From Hemiscyllium ocellatum (lineage: Eukaryota), in assembly GCF_020745735.1 (NCBI RefSeq), contig NC_083409.1, positions 51,232,048 through 51,296,047 of the forward strand: a stretch of DNA of 64,000 nucleotides, in the 5' to 3' direction. Shown piece by piece: positions 11,461-24,544 of the stretch (its first letter is position 1; each line of letters starts with the position of its first letter). The notes beneath the pieces are model-generated. The model had not been told where the DNA came from. It searched no databases and worked only from the letters and a program-made list of their open reading frames with translations. The translations under genes were made by a program, and so were the position numbers.

Positions 11461-13321
11461 TTGTACCTTTTTTGTTGCAAAAAGCCAAAATGACATTATC
11501 TTTGGTACAATTTACAGGTCTTTGACATGTACAGACTACATGCCTGGCATTATACTGGCATTGAAATTCATATACAATATCTCTGAATTTATGTGTTATG
11601 CAGAACACTTTTTTTGATTACAGCAATCTGGTTGTGGTGAACACCACCCATTTTGCTCCTGCATAGTAGTAGAGTGAAACAGCTTCACCTATTGCACAAA
11701 CATTTAAATTACCTTAACTCTCAAGGTAAACTGAGTTAGATTGAGTATTATTCAGGACAAAGAATGCAATCCTTAGGGACTTTCATCTGTCTGCGTAATA
11801 TACAGCGAGAAGTGATCTAATCAGGATAGACATTATATCCCACAGGATGGCTTTGATATGCCCAATACAGCAGTTAATCCTAATTTACCCATCATCCGTG
11901 ATTAGCTAATCTGTTTACACTCGCTATTCAAATTTACACATGAAGAATAGTTAGTGCTGGCGGAGTCACATACTTGTATTAGCCAATGCCTGCAGGATAG
12001 GAATATTACAGAAGAGTGGATGAGGAGAAAAAGCATTTGTTTTTCTCCAGTTCACAAAGCCTACTGCAATGAGTAGACTGACTCAACTGATGCAATGAAA
12101 TGTTCACCCTGGTTTGACATTTACGTATTGTTTTGTTCTATGAATGTGGAATCACAGCATTTTTATGGCTCTTTTATTGCGGCTCATTCATGCCTTAGTG
12201 ATGAGCTACCAGTTAAACCCTGTTATATTTTCATGTGGTTTGACAAATTAAGTGCTTTTCAGGCCATAAGAGGAATAAAAGCATGCAGACATCAAAAACA
12301 CTCAATGCCACTGCTACCTTAGTTTTGGTGTAAAGTGTTTACTATTCAACTCACAACGAAATGCCCACAAACCCTAGCATGCTGTTTAACCCACTGATAG
12401 AGGATTTGTTAAACTCTATGATGCTGAGTTGTTCTAACACAATCATGTGTTTCACTTGTATTCAGTGAATGGAACTGTCACATCCTGTAATGAATGCTTG
12501 TATGGATCAGTTCAACTAAATTAAATAGAAGTAGGGCATTTGGGATTGTGGCAAATTGCAGTTGGCAGACTGACAATCACAAAATCAACAACAAATTCTG
12601 AACCAAATTCCCAATTTCTACTGATATAGAATTTCAGCATGAAAGACATTTGATGTATATATGTAGAATAGAGTGGAGGGAGTATTAGTCAAACAGATTG
12701 TACTAATTGATATACTACTGGATTCTAATGAAAGGAATATGCAGATTTAAAAATCAGTTGTTGATAAATATATTATATACTATGTGGGTCTTTGTTTAAA
12801 ATGATTCATTCTTTTTCATGGTGACCTGGGTATTGTTCCTCAACAACATCATTAAATGTATAGATTGGTGTTGTAGAACAACTGAAGCCCCAAGCCTGGT
12901 AGCTGACAATCTCTGTACAATTGATAGATGAGAATTATACTGCAGACTGTATTAATGAATCTGGGACTGGCACAAGGCACAATTTTTTAAAAAAGCAGGC
13001 TGTTTAAGCCGTTAAATGTAAATGGCAAGGACACAGACTGGAAACAAATACTCCAATCAAGATCATAAAGGTTCCTGGAGGCTTTGGAGACAGTTTGGGA
13101 AATTTTGAAGTAGTCTTTATACCACCTGGAGTTTTACAGCATTTAGTATTAACTCAAAGATTGAAATATTTGACTTCATAATGCAACTCCTGTAACTCCA
13201 ATATTGTTGATCAAAGTGCTCCGTCCCTATTCCAGTACAAATAAAGCATTCCGATCTCAGTGTAAAGGTGCACACATGGGCAGACAAAGTGGGCGATTGT
13301 GATGCCAAACAATTTCTAACT

Positions 13322-13534
13322 CTGAACAAAAATTTTGAAAGAATCGCTGATGCTGGAAATCAAACAAAAACAAACAGAAATTGCTGGAAAACCTCACAAG
13401 TCTGCCAGCATCTGTGCACAGAAATCATAGTTGACACTTTGGGTCCAGTGATCCTTCTGAAAAAAAATTAACTCTGATTTCTCTCCACAGATAGCAGAAC
13501 AGCTGAGTTTTCCAGCAATTTCTGTTTTTGTTTT
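13322..13534. mobile_element. Fold-back Penelope-derived insert with 11-bp TSD
   Basis: Inverted arms aaacagaaattgctggaaaa / ttttccagcaatttctgttt. TSD aatttctaact at 13311-13321 and 13535-13545. Confidence 0.75.
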
Positions 13535-13580
13535 AATTTCTAACTTTCTACGGTCCTTTCAGGTTTTTTTTTAAACTTAA

Positions 13581-13975
13581 TTTTCTAATCAACTTTTTCA
13601 GAGAGGTTATTGCACACCGTTGGGAGTAAGTGGGACTTGAATCCACGTCTCTTGGTCCAAGGATAGGGACACCTACCACCAAACCACAAGAGGGGCCCCG
13701 CTTGCAGATTTAAAAAAAATCTACTTTTCTTATCAACCTATCCAGAGATGTTATTATATACCTTTGGAGCAGGTAGATATTGAACCCAGGTCTCCCAGTC
13801 CAGTGGTAGGGACAATACCACCACTGTGCCACATAAGGGCCCTTACAGCATTGTAGATATTTTCTGATCAACTTGCTCAACAATGCTATTACACACCTCT
13901 GGAGTAAGTGGAACTTGGATCCGAAGCCTCTGGGTTCAGAGAAAAGGAAGCTCCCACTGTAGCACAAGAGCCCAC
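13581..13975 (-). repeat. Three head-to-tail copies of a ~135-145 bp tRNA-derived unit
   Basis: Units start at 13581, 13725 and 13860 (ttttct.atcaac...). Each carries minus-strand A-box-like (TGGCACAGTGG in unit 2) and B-box-like (GGTTCAATATC / GATTCAAGTCC) sequences. Confidence 0.8.
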
Positions 13976-14889
13976 CTTACAGGTTTTGTCAACAACCCAG
14001 CGGAGCATGAATTTAGTTGCACAAGGGGTGCTATTTGGCTCTAATGGGACTTCCAGATAAGGTGCTTTTGACATTCTTATGCTGGTCCAGTGTAACTGTA
14101 AGTATTGTGCTGACTGCTGTTGGAGGACTTAAGGGAATTTGTTGAGGAGTCCAGTGGAGTTGGAACACCTTTCACGAAAAAAAATCCTTTCAGTGAAAGG
14201 GTTTATAGTTGTAGTTCCCTTGAGCTGCAACATGACTTAAAGTTGTATCAGAGGCAGCAGAGAGGAAAAGCTATACAACAAGGAAGGAGAAGGAAGAACA
14301 AGGAAGAGGAGAAATCTGGAACTCAATTGCTCCACGTATGTCGTTCATGATTGACCACACAGACATTGGTTCATTTGAAGTTATCTCATAATCACTATTT
14401 CTTCAAAATTCCCACCTTTTTTTTCCTCTGATGTAGATTTTCATAATATACATTTGACCAAAATACTGAAATAAAAGATGATATTAAAAGATGATATAAA
14501 AAGATTGAAAACTTTGTTATGTAATGCTTCCAATAATGCATATAAAATTGAACAATTCACCTTGCATGGTCCTTGTGTGTCTATCTTGCAGGTGCCACTG
14601 TTTACCTTTGTACTTCTAGGTAATGCTATCACAATGGCTACAACATGGCAGGTGCCACTTTCTCCATTGCTTGGAGAAAGTGACATATAGTCTTGCAGCT
14701 CTTCAGAGCTGGCATAGCGGACTCTACTAATGCTGCACAGGTAGCAGCAGCCATTATTGCTAAATAGAGGTGTAGCTTCATGCACCATGACACCATTGGC
14801 ATTCCTCTAGGGCGTGCATCAGCTATTTTCATAATCAATTTGAGGGCAGATTGTTGCACTTATCTAAGAATCTGCAAGAACTGGTCTCC

Positions 14890-15095
14890 ACAGCCACTGT
14901 TGGCTGGACAGTTGGCTTGTGATGCAGTTTGATGATTCAGTTTCCACATCAGCTGAGGTTACCATGAAGGGTTCTCCTTCTCAAGCTTTCCCTTCATTTG
15001 AGGCATGGCGACCCTGAGGTTAAACCACAACTATTGTCTCTCTCTCTCTAACAGGAGAGCAGCCTATGGTTTGGTGGTCTAAGGCAACTTTACCT
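14890..15095 (+). mobile_element. SINE-like interspersed repeat
   Basis: gctgaggttaccatgaagg...gaccctgaggttaaaccac...gagagcagcctatgg...ggcaactttacc resembles a shark SINE I recall. There is no clear second full copy in the window. Confidence 0.4.
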
Positions 15096-16011
15096 TTTCC
15101 CTGACACTCCAGTCTGGAAACAAATATATAGCCATATCCACTGATATATTCTTCTCCTACAACATTCTACTTACTCATATATTTCAATGTATTCCTTTTA
15201 TTTTAAAACATTGCATTCGACTTAAGCTGTATCTTAGAGGTAGATATTGGCAGATGAACATTTTCATGATTTTACTGGCCACCATTACCTGATTTAGGTT
15301 AAAAACGCCATTAAAATAGTGGGTAAAACATGCAAAGTGAAAAGAATCAGGAGAGTAAGTATACATGAAAATAAAAGTAGACTGGTGAATGGGTGCAAAT
15401 GGCATGAGCAGTGTAGCAAAGAAAAGTAATTTTTCTCTCTCTAGACATTCTTTCAAACTTGCTGAATTTCTCCAACACTTTCTGTTTTCAATATGTACAC
15501 TAGCAAGGCTGTGATTCATTTGGCTGTAGCAAGTTTTTACATAGCCTGAATGAATAATGTTTCTAGAATTTGTGGGGGTGGTGCATCCAACCACATGATA
15601 AAAATAACAGAATAATAATAATAACGGTTTCCACAAGTGAATCATACTGTGGCAATTACTGCCTCAGTGGTTGGAAGGCCTGGTTCAGGAAACTGTGTAC
15701 TGGTCCTTTATAAAACCAAGCCATGTTTAGCCCACTCACAAACCAAAAACATCCTCACATTCATAAGGAAGTTTCCATGTATTTATGCCAAATGCTTTTC
15801 CAGAACTTGCATTACTTTGCCAGCAGAAAAATAAGCTCGTTCCTTTGAAATTCAGTCAAGTTAAAAAAAATCAGAAACTTCTGAAACAGAGCTCTGGACT
15901 GCCAATGTAGAAGGTCGTAGAAATGATTTGAATTTCTATGACCTGAAGGGGTTTCCCTGGACTGAATGCCAAGCAGAACCCTCCATGTTAGCAAAGGGAC
16001 ATCTGTCAAGA

Positions 16012-16460
16012 TGGAGTCATTGAGATACACAGCATGGAAACAGACTCTTCAGTCTAACTCATCCATGCTGACCAGAGATCCTTAATTAATCTAGTCCCAT
16101 TTGCCAACATTTAGCCCATATCCCTCTAAACCCTTCCTATTCGTATATCTATCTAGATGCCTTTTAAATGTTGTCATCATACCAACCTCCACCATTTCCT
16201 CTGGGTCAAACATTTTTGCAATGAAGGCCAATGTATCATTTGATCATAAAATGCCTTCCAAACTGCTTACTGCTCCTGCCTGCTTGCTCTCAATGACCAG
16301 TGTACGAAGACATAGAGGCCCCTTTGTACATCATTTCCAAATCTATCACTATTTAAATAAGCTGCCATTCTGTTTTTTTGCCTGACTGAAAAAGGAAGGC
16401 TTCGCAGTCATTCACAATACACTGCATCTGTAATGCTTTTGCCCATTTACTCATTCGATT
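16012..16460 (-). mobile_element. CR1 3' end plus adjoining CR1 RT fragment
   Basis: gagtcattgagatacacagcatggaaacagac is the reverse complement of the CR1 terminus seen at 50590-50625. Confidence 0.8.
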
Positions 16461-17819
16461 AGTGTGTTAGTTGCCCAAATAATATTTCGTCTATATATGA
16501 TCAAATGCTGCAAAATTCATCCTGTAAAGCCATTGATGCTGACAACTTGGGAGTCCAAAACATGGTGATCAAAACACCTTTGGCATGCCCCATGCTGTAC
16601 ATCCTGAAGTCAGGGATATTCATGGGTGTACTTTGTTTCCACTGGAATATTACAGAGAGGGTGGCATATTGTGGTACTAAACAGCTTCTAAGGTTAATTT
16701 GAGGAACATTCTGTGATTTTGGACTGCAGTGGTCCTGATAACACCTTTACATAACCATCCCTAGCTGAACATACATTGATCTGAATGTCAGGAATTGTCT
16801 ACTTTTGTTATTTATAGGGATAATCCTCCAACGTTCATTAAGTTACTTTCAATTTTCTTTTTTTAATACTCACATATTACAAGAATTATGGTGAACGGTG
16901 ATGGAGGAATTTTGTAAACCTTTAGGAATTGCAAAGAAGTGATGGTGAATTTTGTCAAGGTGGTATTCGAAGGCCTACCAGGCCTGATTCAGTAATGTGA
17001 TATATTTACACTCTCTACTGCACTTGAAATTAGAGCACAGTGCACAGAATATGGAAGCAATACTCAGGAAGGAGGTGGAGGGATCTCACTATCAGGCCCC
17101 GTCATTAGCAGGGTGAAATAGGAGGAGCCACCTAATACTGCAGGAGGAGCCACCTAATACTGCAGGATGACATCAAGTGGATGCATCTTTGGGCTATCAT
17201 CATAAACCAGAGCTCAGCTACTGGATGAACAGAGATATCCATGTACATCTAACTTACGGCACACCTGTTCCACCTGAATCATCTACGCACATTGTGTTCA
17301 GAACAAGCAATCCATACGCCAGATATGACATGACATGGAGCTAACAATGTGATCTAACATAATAGTTTCACTATTTAGCCTCCTCAAATGGAGTCCTCCA
17401 GTACGTGCTGGAGTTTGTCTCCCAGTTCTTGATGATCTATTGTTTGTTGTAGAGCAATTGCTATCATGAAGATGTAGCCCTTGCCACTAAAAATCTGGAA
17501 ACTTTTGGAAGAAGAGGTAGGATCCAAGACACTTTTGCTTAAGTCAGGCTGTCTTCAAATAGATCCTCTTGGCAGAATTTTCACCTTCAAGATAGAGTAT
17601 TAGGAGTTAGGAATTTTCCAGATTTCACAGTCCTTTCTCTGCCGTGAAGGTGCCTGCCTTCTGTATTTTCACCCTTGGGAGGTGAGTTCATGATGGAGAT
17701 GAGCCCACATGTTTGGAAATAAATGTTGGTGAGAAAACAAGCAAGCAAGTAAAGTCTGCCTCAAGAGTGATTGCCAAGAGGTGAATTTCTCTTTGCTAAA
17801 AGGATATGGGAATTTCTAA

Positions 17820-18128
17820 TAATGCCATATGTATTGCCCATCTCTAATTGCCTTTAATACTGCCTGCCTTCTAGACCATCTCACAAGGTAGTTAAGAGTC
17901 ACTCACATTGCTGTAGGTCTGGAGTTGCATGTAAGCCAGACCAGTTAAGGACAGCAGCTATCCTTCCGTAAAGGACATTAGTGAAGCAGATGGATTTTTA
18001 CAACAGTGGTTATATGGTCATTTCTAGACGGTTTTTAATTCTTGATTTTTATTGAAATCAAATATCATCATCTGCCATGGTGAGATTCAAACGCTAGTCC
18101 CCAGAATATTAGTCTGGGGTTCTGGATT
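17820..18128 (-). mobile_element. tRNA-derived SINE (same family as 2160-2497)
   Basis: Core gttaagagtcactcacattgctgtaggtctggagttgcatgtaagccagacc...aaaggacattagtgaa. Confidence 0.8.
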
Positions 18129-18129
18129 T

Positions 18130-18670
18130 GTTTGGAATATTGTGAGCAGTTTTGAGCCCCATATCTAAGGAAGGTTGTGCTGGCATTGGAGGGGTCCAGA
18201 GAAAGTCCACAAGAATGATCCAAAGAATGAAGGGCTTTGTCATATGAGAAGCAGTTGAGGACTCTGGGTTGTACTAGAAGAAGTTTAGAAGAATAAGGGC
18301 AGGGAATCTCATTGAAACTTACAGATATTGAGAGGCATGGATGGGGTGGATGTGGAGAAAATGTTTCCACTCGTAGGAGATACTAGGATGCAAGGGCATA
18401 GCCTCAGAGTGAAGGGATGAGATGAGATGAAGAGGAATCTTTTCAGCCAATCCATGGTGAATCTGTGAAACCTGTGCCTAAGGATGATTTGGAGGCTAAG
18501 TAATTGAGTGTATTTAAGACAGAGATAGATGGATTCTTATTTATTAAGGGGATTGAGGTTTATGAGGGGATGGCAGGAGAGTGGGGGTACAGAAATATAT
18601 CAGCTATAATCGAATGACTGAGCAGACCTGATGGGCGGAATGGCCTCGTTCTGCTCCTATGTCTTATGGG
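18130..18670 (+). mobile_element. CR1 LINE 3' ~540 bp
   Basis: LEYCEQF...YLRKVVLALEGVQRK signature; terminus gaatggcctcgttctgctcctatgtcttatgg. Confidence 0.85.
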
Positions 18671-18719
18671 CTAATAAAGAACAGCTTCACACAACCTTCT
18701 GATTGTATGCTATGCCTGC

Positions 18720-19400
18720 ATTTTTTGTGACTAAATTCCTCTGCACCTCAGATTTCCACAGTTGTTCTCTGTTTATGTAGTACTCTGCTTCTTCATTCTT
18801 CCTGCCAAAGTGAACAAATTTACGGTTTCCCATCTTATAGTCAACCACCTAATTTTTGCCCACAGATTCAATCTATACTTTTCTGCAAACTCCATATGTT
18901 TTCTTCATGCTTTCCTATCTGTCCACATGTTATCTAAAAGTTTAGCTATGATGTCTTTGCTCCCTTCATCTGTATCATTGATGTAAAAGGTTAAGGCTCT
19001 AGCACAGACTCCACTCTGATTCCACTCATCTTATCCTGCCAATCAAAGACGCATTTATGTTTACCCTATTTTTTGCGAACCAACCAATCTTCTATCCATA
19101 ATGCATTTTCTCCTACACCATCAGCTTCAAGTTGCTTTAGAACCTTTTGGGACCTTATCAAATGCCATTTGGAAATACAATTACAGTACATTTACTGACT
19201 CCCCTTTATTCACATGGTACTCCTTCAAAGACGTCTAATAAATTGGTTAAACATGATTTTCCTTTCACAAAATCCTGCTGACTTTATGTACAGCTATAGC
19301 TTTTTAAATGATCAATTCTAACACTTTCCCTGCAACAGACTTTCAAGATAACTGGTCCATAGTTTCCTGTTTTCTGCCTCTCTCCCTTCTTGATTGGAAG
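18720..19400 (-). mobile_element. Old CR1 RT fragment
   Basis: ccttatcaaatgccatttggaaat is the reverse of a DFQKAFDKV-like motif; ctggtccatagtttcc is the reverse of GNYRP-like. Confidence 0.6.
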
Positions 19401-19639
19401 TGTTTTATTAATTATGTCCAGGTTCACCTACTTTATGTCGGCAAGCTGCACAACACAAATCACTTAGTTTTCTGCAATGTCTGCTTTGTAACTTATGGTT
19501 TTACTGTTACAAGTAAACTAACCCACAGTGTTAATCAATCCTGATAATTATCATTAGCATGGCTTTGTAAACAACAATGGAACGTACTGTGCTGATGAGG
19601 TCTATCAGGCCTGAACAATCAGTAAGCAAATTAATCTAC

Positions 19640-21890
19640 AGATAGGACACATGGTCAACAATCTTAAATCGTGCTAAAGTGTATGAGACAACACTGGGTG
19701 CCTTTGTTTGATACAATGAAAGAGTTGAAAAACACAACTTACTAGTGATCAAGTGTTGAGAGGTCAGTTTAGTTCACTTGAGAAAAGCAAGTGATCTGGT
19801 ATTTGACAGATTGATAGCAAACAAGGGAAGGTCAAAAGCATATTGGAAGAATGTCCACAAAATTCTGTAGTTTAATTTGGGAAATGGCAGATATCCTAAT
19901 GGTATATAAAGTGTTTAAGCAGCATTCAAAGCTATGTTTTCTAAATTTGTTATTTGTTGGCCAGGATCTCTTTTAAGCTTACATAGACCATGTTACATGT
20001 GCTAGACCAGGATGAATCTGTATCGTCAATGACATTTCTATGGTAGGAATAATAAAACAAGAAAATGACCACAGTTTGCACTTATTGAAAGAAGTGGTAT
20101 GCAGTGGTGTTCTGAAGATGGAAATGTCACAATCAGCTTTTCCGGTTCTGTAAAGTTCAGTGCAGGCACATCTCTTGATCCAAGTCAAATAAAAGATATC
20201 AAAGGGATGCCAACTCCTGAAGAGAAGGATGATCGTCAATTCTCTTGTTGCAATATATTTTCAATTTCACTTAAAAGTCATAGTACTGAGGAAATTATCA
20301 AGATTGGACCTTTCCTACGATAAAAGGACCACCAGTACCTCTTCAAAGCATTGAAATAGTAACTATCAGAACCATCAAACTTGCAATGTTACAACCCAAG
20401 GGTGACAATTACTCTGGAGATAAATGCCTCACAGAAAGGTGTGACAGCATGCATACTACCAAAGACAAACTGATTGCATTTGCTTCAAATGATCTGTCTA
20501 TAATGTAGTCCAATTACTCAAATATTAAGCAGAAGATATTAGCTGAAAGATTTTCTAGTCATGCATTTTCCTAAAGAGGCATCTATAAATGTGATGTAGG
20601 TCATCACATCAGAAGTGCTTCAACTTGATATTCTTCGACAACTTCATCATGCATGCATGGGCATAAATCAGTTGAAACAACACACAAGGGAGTCAGCATA
20701 TTTGTTGGGAATCAGCAGTCACTTCAAAATCCTTGTTAAGGACAGCAAGGCATGTCAAGAGCACATGTTAAGTCAGTGCAAAGGTCCATTAATACTGCAT
20801 GAATATCCTGCCCATCCTTGGTCCAAAATTCCAGCTGACCTTCCTCATGTGCCTGGAACTGACTGCATCATTATTGTTTTATCAAGTATCCTAGCATTTG
20901 TCAATTGCATAATATTTCAAGCGTATACATTGTACACATTTTAAGCTATTTTTAGTTTATTAGGCACTCCTACAGAGAACATTATTAATTATAGTCTGCA
21001 ATTTATTGGTAAGCCATTCAAGGACATGTGTGAGAAATGGAGCATTGACTACTTCTCCATGTGCTTATCTAAGGTCCAATGATCTAACTGAATGCTTGAT
21101 TTGTAGAGTCAAAAATCTAGTCCTTAAATGTAGACAGTTCATGCAAGATCACACAATACAATTTTATATTTGGGTGCATCACCTCTGAGTGCAATCATTC
21201 CATTGCTGATGGAGCTTGTTTGTAGACTGCTGTTTATGAACTTACCCATTCATACCCAAAATATTCCTTGTAAACTGAGGTGCAGATTGTAAAATGGCAG
21301 GAGAACAACCTGCACAATAAAATAGAATGATCAAATTTATATAGAATTGTCAAAATTATAAATGGGACAATAAATTCAGGTTTAGGATCCCCATAGAAGT
21401 AACACAGCCACAAGCTGAGTTGGCAGAATATCGACTGAACCAAGTTCCTATGAGGTCCATTCAGATGAGAGTGTAATTGTGTGATAACCGTTTGAACATT
21501 TCAGATCTGTTTCACTTATCCAACTGCCTTTCACCCTGTTACATAAGTACAAGATCCAAAACATAAACAGGAGTAACAGACAATGTCATTCATAACTGTA
21601 GTCAATGAACACCACCAGACAATGTCGCCAACATGCGATCTGGACCATCAGCAAATTACCTATATAATTTAGAGAGGCATAAGCTCATTTATTATTGTTA
21701 ATAGTTAAACTTTATTTTGGAAAGGAGGAGAACATTGCATGTGTAACTTGCCTTTAAAAGAGTTCACATTTAAGGGTTGTATATGCTGTGGGTGTACAAT
21801 GTTGGGACTCTGGCAATTATTCTGCTTTTTGACTTCAAGATAAACATACAGAGTTCAATTTATTTGTTGTAATGTTTACTTCATAACTTA
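19640..21890 (+). mobile_element. Degenerate Ty3/Gypsy pol (RT, RH, integrase) with PPT and probable 3' LTR
   Basis: ORF 20615-20944 ILRQLHHACMGINQLKQHTRESAYLLGI...KACQEH...PLILHEYPAHPWSKIPADL is the integrase HHCC region. RT remnant CIVNDISMVG at about 20020. Purine tract ggaaaggaggaga (21719-21731) is followed by a ~160 bp LTR-like segment. Confidence 0.8.
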
Positions 21891-22039
21891 TGATGTATTT
21901 TATTGTTTTTAAAAAAGAAACTTTACCCACTGAGTTAGTCAGTCCTTGATGAGTGGTTACTCATTAGACCAGTGTTATTAAATGAGAGAGCCTACTCTAC
22001 AAAGTTAGATGGTTATGTGTTTGAGTGATGCAACATGGC

Positions 22040-22400
22040 TTGAGCACTAATATTGAGGAAGACACTCCTTTATAGTACTGAGCAGGTTCTGCATTGTTGG
22101 AAATGTGTCTTTCAGATGAGTTATTAAACTTCGGCACCTTCTAACTACATGGGTAAATATAAAGGATCTGATAGCACTATTTCAGAAAAGCAGCAGAGTT
22201 ATCTCTGTTGGCCTGGCCAATATTTAGCCCTCAGCAATATCCCAAACAGATTAACTGGTAAGTATCACATTGCTTATTGTGGAAGTTAGCTGGTCTATTT
22301 CCTATGCTACAACATTGACTACAGTACTCTTCAAAAGCACTTTATTGGCTGCAAAGCACTTTGAGATTTCTGGTATGCATGACAAGTTTTGTGTAAATGT
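22040..22400 (+). mobile_element. Deu-domain SINE (SacSINE1/AmnSINE1-like), old
   Basis: gtactgag...gtctttcagatgagttattaaac...ggcctggccaatattt...ttcaaaagcactttattggctgcaaagcactttgaga. Confidence 0.75.
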
Positions 22401-22610
22401 TTTTTTAGGCCCCACATTTCAACCTAATCTCCAGATTTGAAAATGTCGGGCTTTACACTCTTCTCGATAAAAGGGCTGGTCATTATTATTAAATTTTGTT
22501 TAAAAAATCAACCAGAACCAAGTTAATATGTTTCCATTATTAATTAGTGAGAAATGTAAAAAGTTAGCTGCTGCTGAATGGGTTTCTCTAACACTCCACA
22601 CTGATGCTAC

Positions 22611-22666
22611 ACTGACCTCTAGTGGAAAATTACAGTACACCTATTATTTATGGCACCAACTAGTGG
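22611..22666 (-). promoter_or_regulatory. Pair of CTCF-like motifs
   Basis: Minus strand CCACTAGAGGTCAGT (22611-22625) and CCACTAGTTGGTGC (22653-22666), compared with the consensus CCASYAGRKGGCRS. Confidence 0.4.
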
Positions 22667-23389
22667 TCTTTTGATGGACATTTAGCTGGCACTTTGAGCA
22701 GTGTCTATCCTTTTCTTGACCAAAACTAGTTGAACAGTTTAGAGTCCATTTGGAAAGTGTTCAGTGGAGTAGGCCACAACCCTGTTTTACTGTGTCTTTT
22801 ACATTTCAAGTGTCCTTTTTTAGCTTTTGAGCCCAACTGTTTATGAAAGAAATAACAGTCAAATTTCTTGTCAGAAAAACAAGAGTTCTAGAGTTGCAAC
22901 TAAACACTATATATTGGTGCTAGCAAGCTGGGTTTCACAGATTACTTCTCCCACATCAACTGGTTGAGTGTTATCCTTTATCTGGTGTGAATTTAAATAT
23001 GTAGCAATGTCAGGTGAGTGAGACTTCAATGCAGATATTGAAGGTTCTAAGTTTTTTTTTTGTTTTCAGGCCCAACTAATTGCTTTTAAATTCATTCAGG
23101 AGATGTGAATTACCAACACCATATAGATTAATAATGCAAAAATATTAATTTTGTTCTTGTTGATATTTTTGACTAAATTACATAATAATGACTCGGCTTT
23201 TTGGGAGCACAATCCTGTTGCCCAAGTGGACCAGGGGAAAATGATGAGTCGCTGGTTTTTACAATGCTCCCGCTATTACTGTCCACCAATTTCAACAGAA
23301 AGATAAATTTGGAAGTGTAAACACTGCTCGTCAAAATTATTCTTGTTCGTTGTTGGTGAGCTGTTTGTTAAAATTTACATGCTATCGGT

Positions 23390-23600
23390 ACATCACAGTG
23401 CTATTATGGAAGATACACCAGGATTTTGACTCAGCAATCTTGAAGGAACAATGATATATTTCCAAGTAAGGATAGTGTGTGACTTGGATTGAAAGTTACA
23501 GGTGGTGATACTCCCATGCACATGCTGTTCTTGTTTTCCCAGAGCTTGTGGGTTTGGTAGGAGATATAACAGTGAGCTGAGTACATATTGCACAATCAGC
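23390..23600 (-). mobile_element. L2/CR1-group LINE 3' fragment
   Basis: ITTCNFQSKSHTILTWKYIIVP on the minus strand; homologous to 53560-53860(+) and 63215-63530(-). Confidence 0.75.
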
Positions 23601-24029
23601 ATTGACAGATCACCCATGGTCTAGTAGGTGGATGAGCAAGATGTCAGGTAAACTGCAGCTTCTAAAAGAAGCCTTTTATTTTCAGTGGTGTATAGTGTAG
23701 CCCAGGTAGCAAGACTGCAACAACAACCTCTAGATTTTTTGATGCATCCGCGGACATGCTCATAGTGCATGCCAGCATCAAACATCAAGTTGTCCTTTCT
23801 CTCTAAGTTCATGGGCAAACCTTTCAGCGGCAATGCAGAGAGCTGACAGGGCAAATAAATACTACATATGTTGTTCCAGGATTTGATTTTTGTTTGAAGA
23901 TCACAAGGAATTCCAAGAGAAGACATCTATGTGCAGCTGTTTAAACGTGGTACAAACCAATACACTCTATTGTAACCCCAATACTTTAGCTACATCCTCC
24001 TCAATCTAGAGGTTCTGTGGAATTATTGC

Positions 24030-24460
24030 AAAAAACATGAGTAAAATGGATAGGGGAAATAGGTTTAGAGAGATGGATGTGTGGCTCAAAGATTAGTGAG
24101 GGAGAAATGGGATATGACTTCTGGAGCACTGAGATCAGCACGGAAAATGGGCCAGTCTTTATCTGAACCACACTGGAATCAGTGTTCTACTGAGTAAGTA
24201 AACCTGCGCAGTGTAAAGGGCTTTGAACTAAATAGAGGAGGCAAGGGATCAAGCTTATCACTTCTGTCCAAATTAAGCAGAGAAGACAAGGCAAGACAGC
24301 AAGGTAGCAGTAGGGGATTTGACCATGGCAGGAAGGGAAAATCTGAGATTGCACCTGCAGATAAGGCTAGAGGAGAGGTTACAAAAATGGTAAAAATAAT
24401 ACAGAATAAGACTATGTACCTGAATGCAATCAGTTTTTGTAGCAAAATAAATTAATACCT
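24030..24460 (+). mobile_element. CR1 ORF1-end/ORF2-start fragment
   Basis: Degenerate ORF1 end followed by tgtacctgaatgca (YLNA, start of the AP endonuclease). Confidence 0.5.
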
Positions 24461-24544
24461 GTACACATAGAAATAGGTATATATAGTTTGGTAGCCATTT
24501 CAGAGATTTGGTTGCAAGGTGAAAATATTGCAACCTAAACATAC

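Noticed and set aside
13581-13975. CRISPR-like array or tRNA gene cluster
   Set aside because: The DNA is eukaryotic, the units are long and diverged with no repeat-spacer structure, and I see no intact cloverleaf. They are SINE-like.
14100-14860. ORF cluster (14120, 14441, 14638) as exons of a host gene
   Set aside because: No recognisable protein. It may be a decayed DNA-transposon remnant, but I cannot support a specific call.
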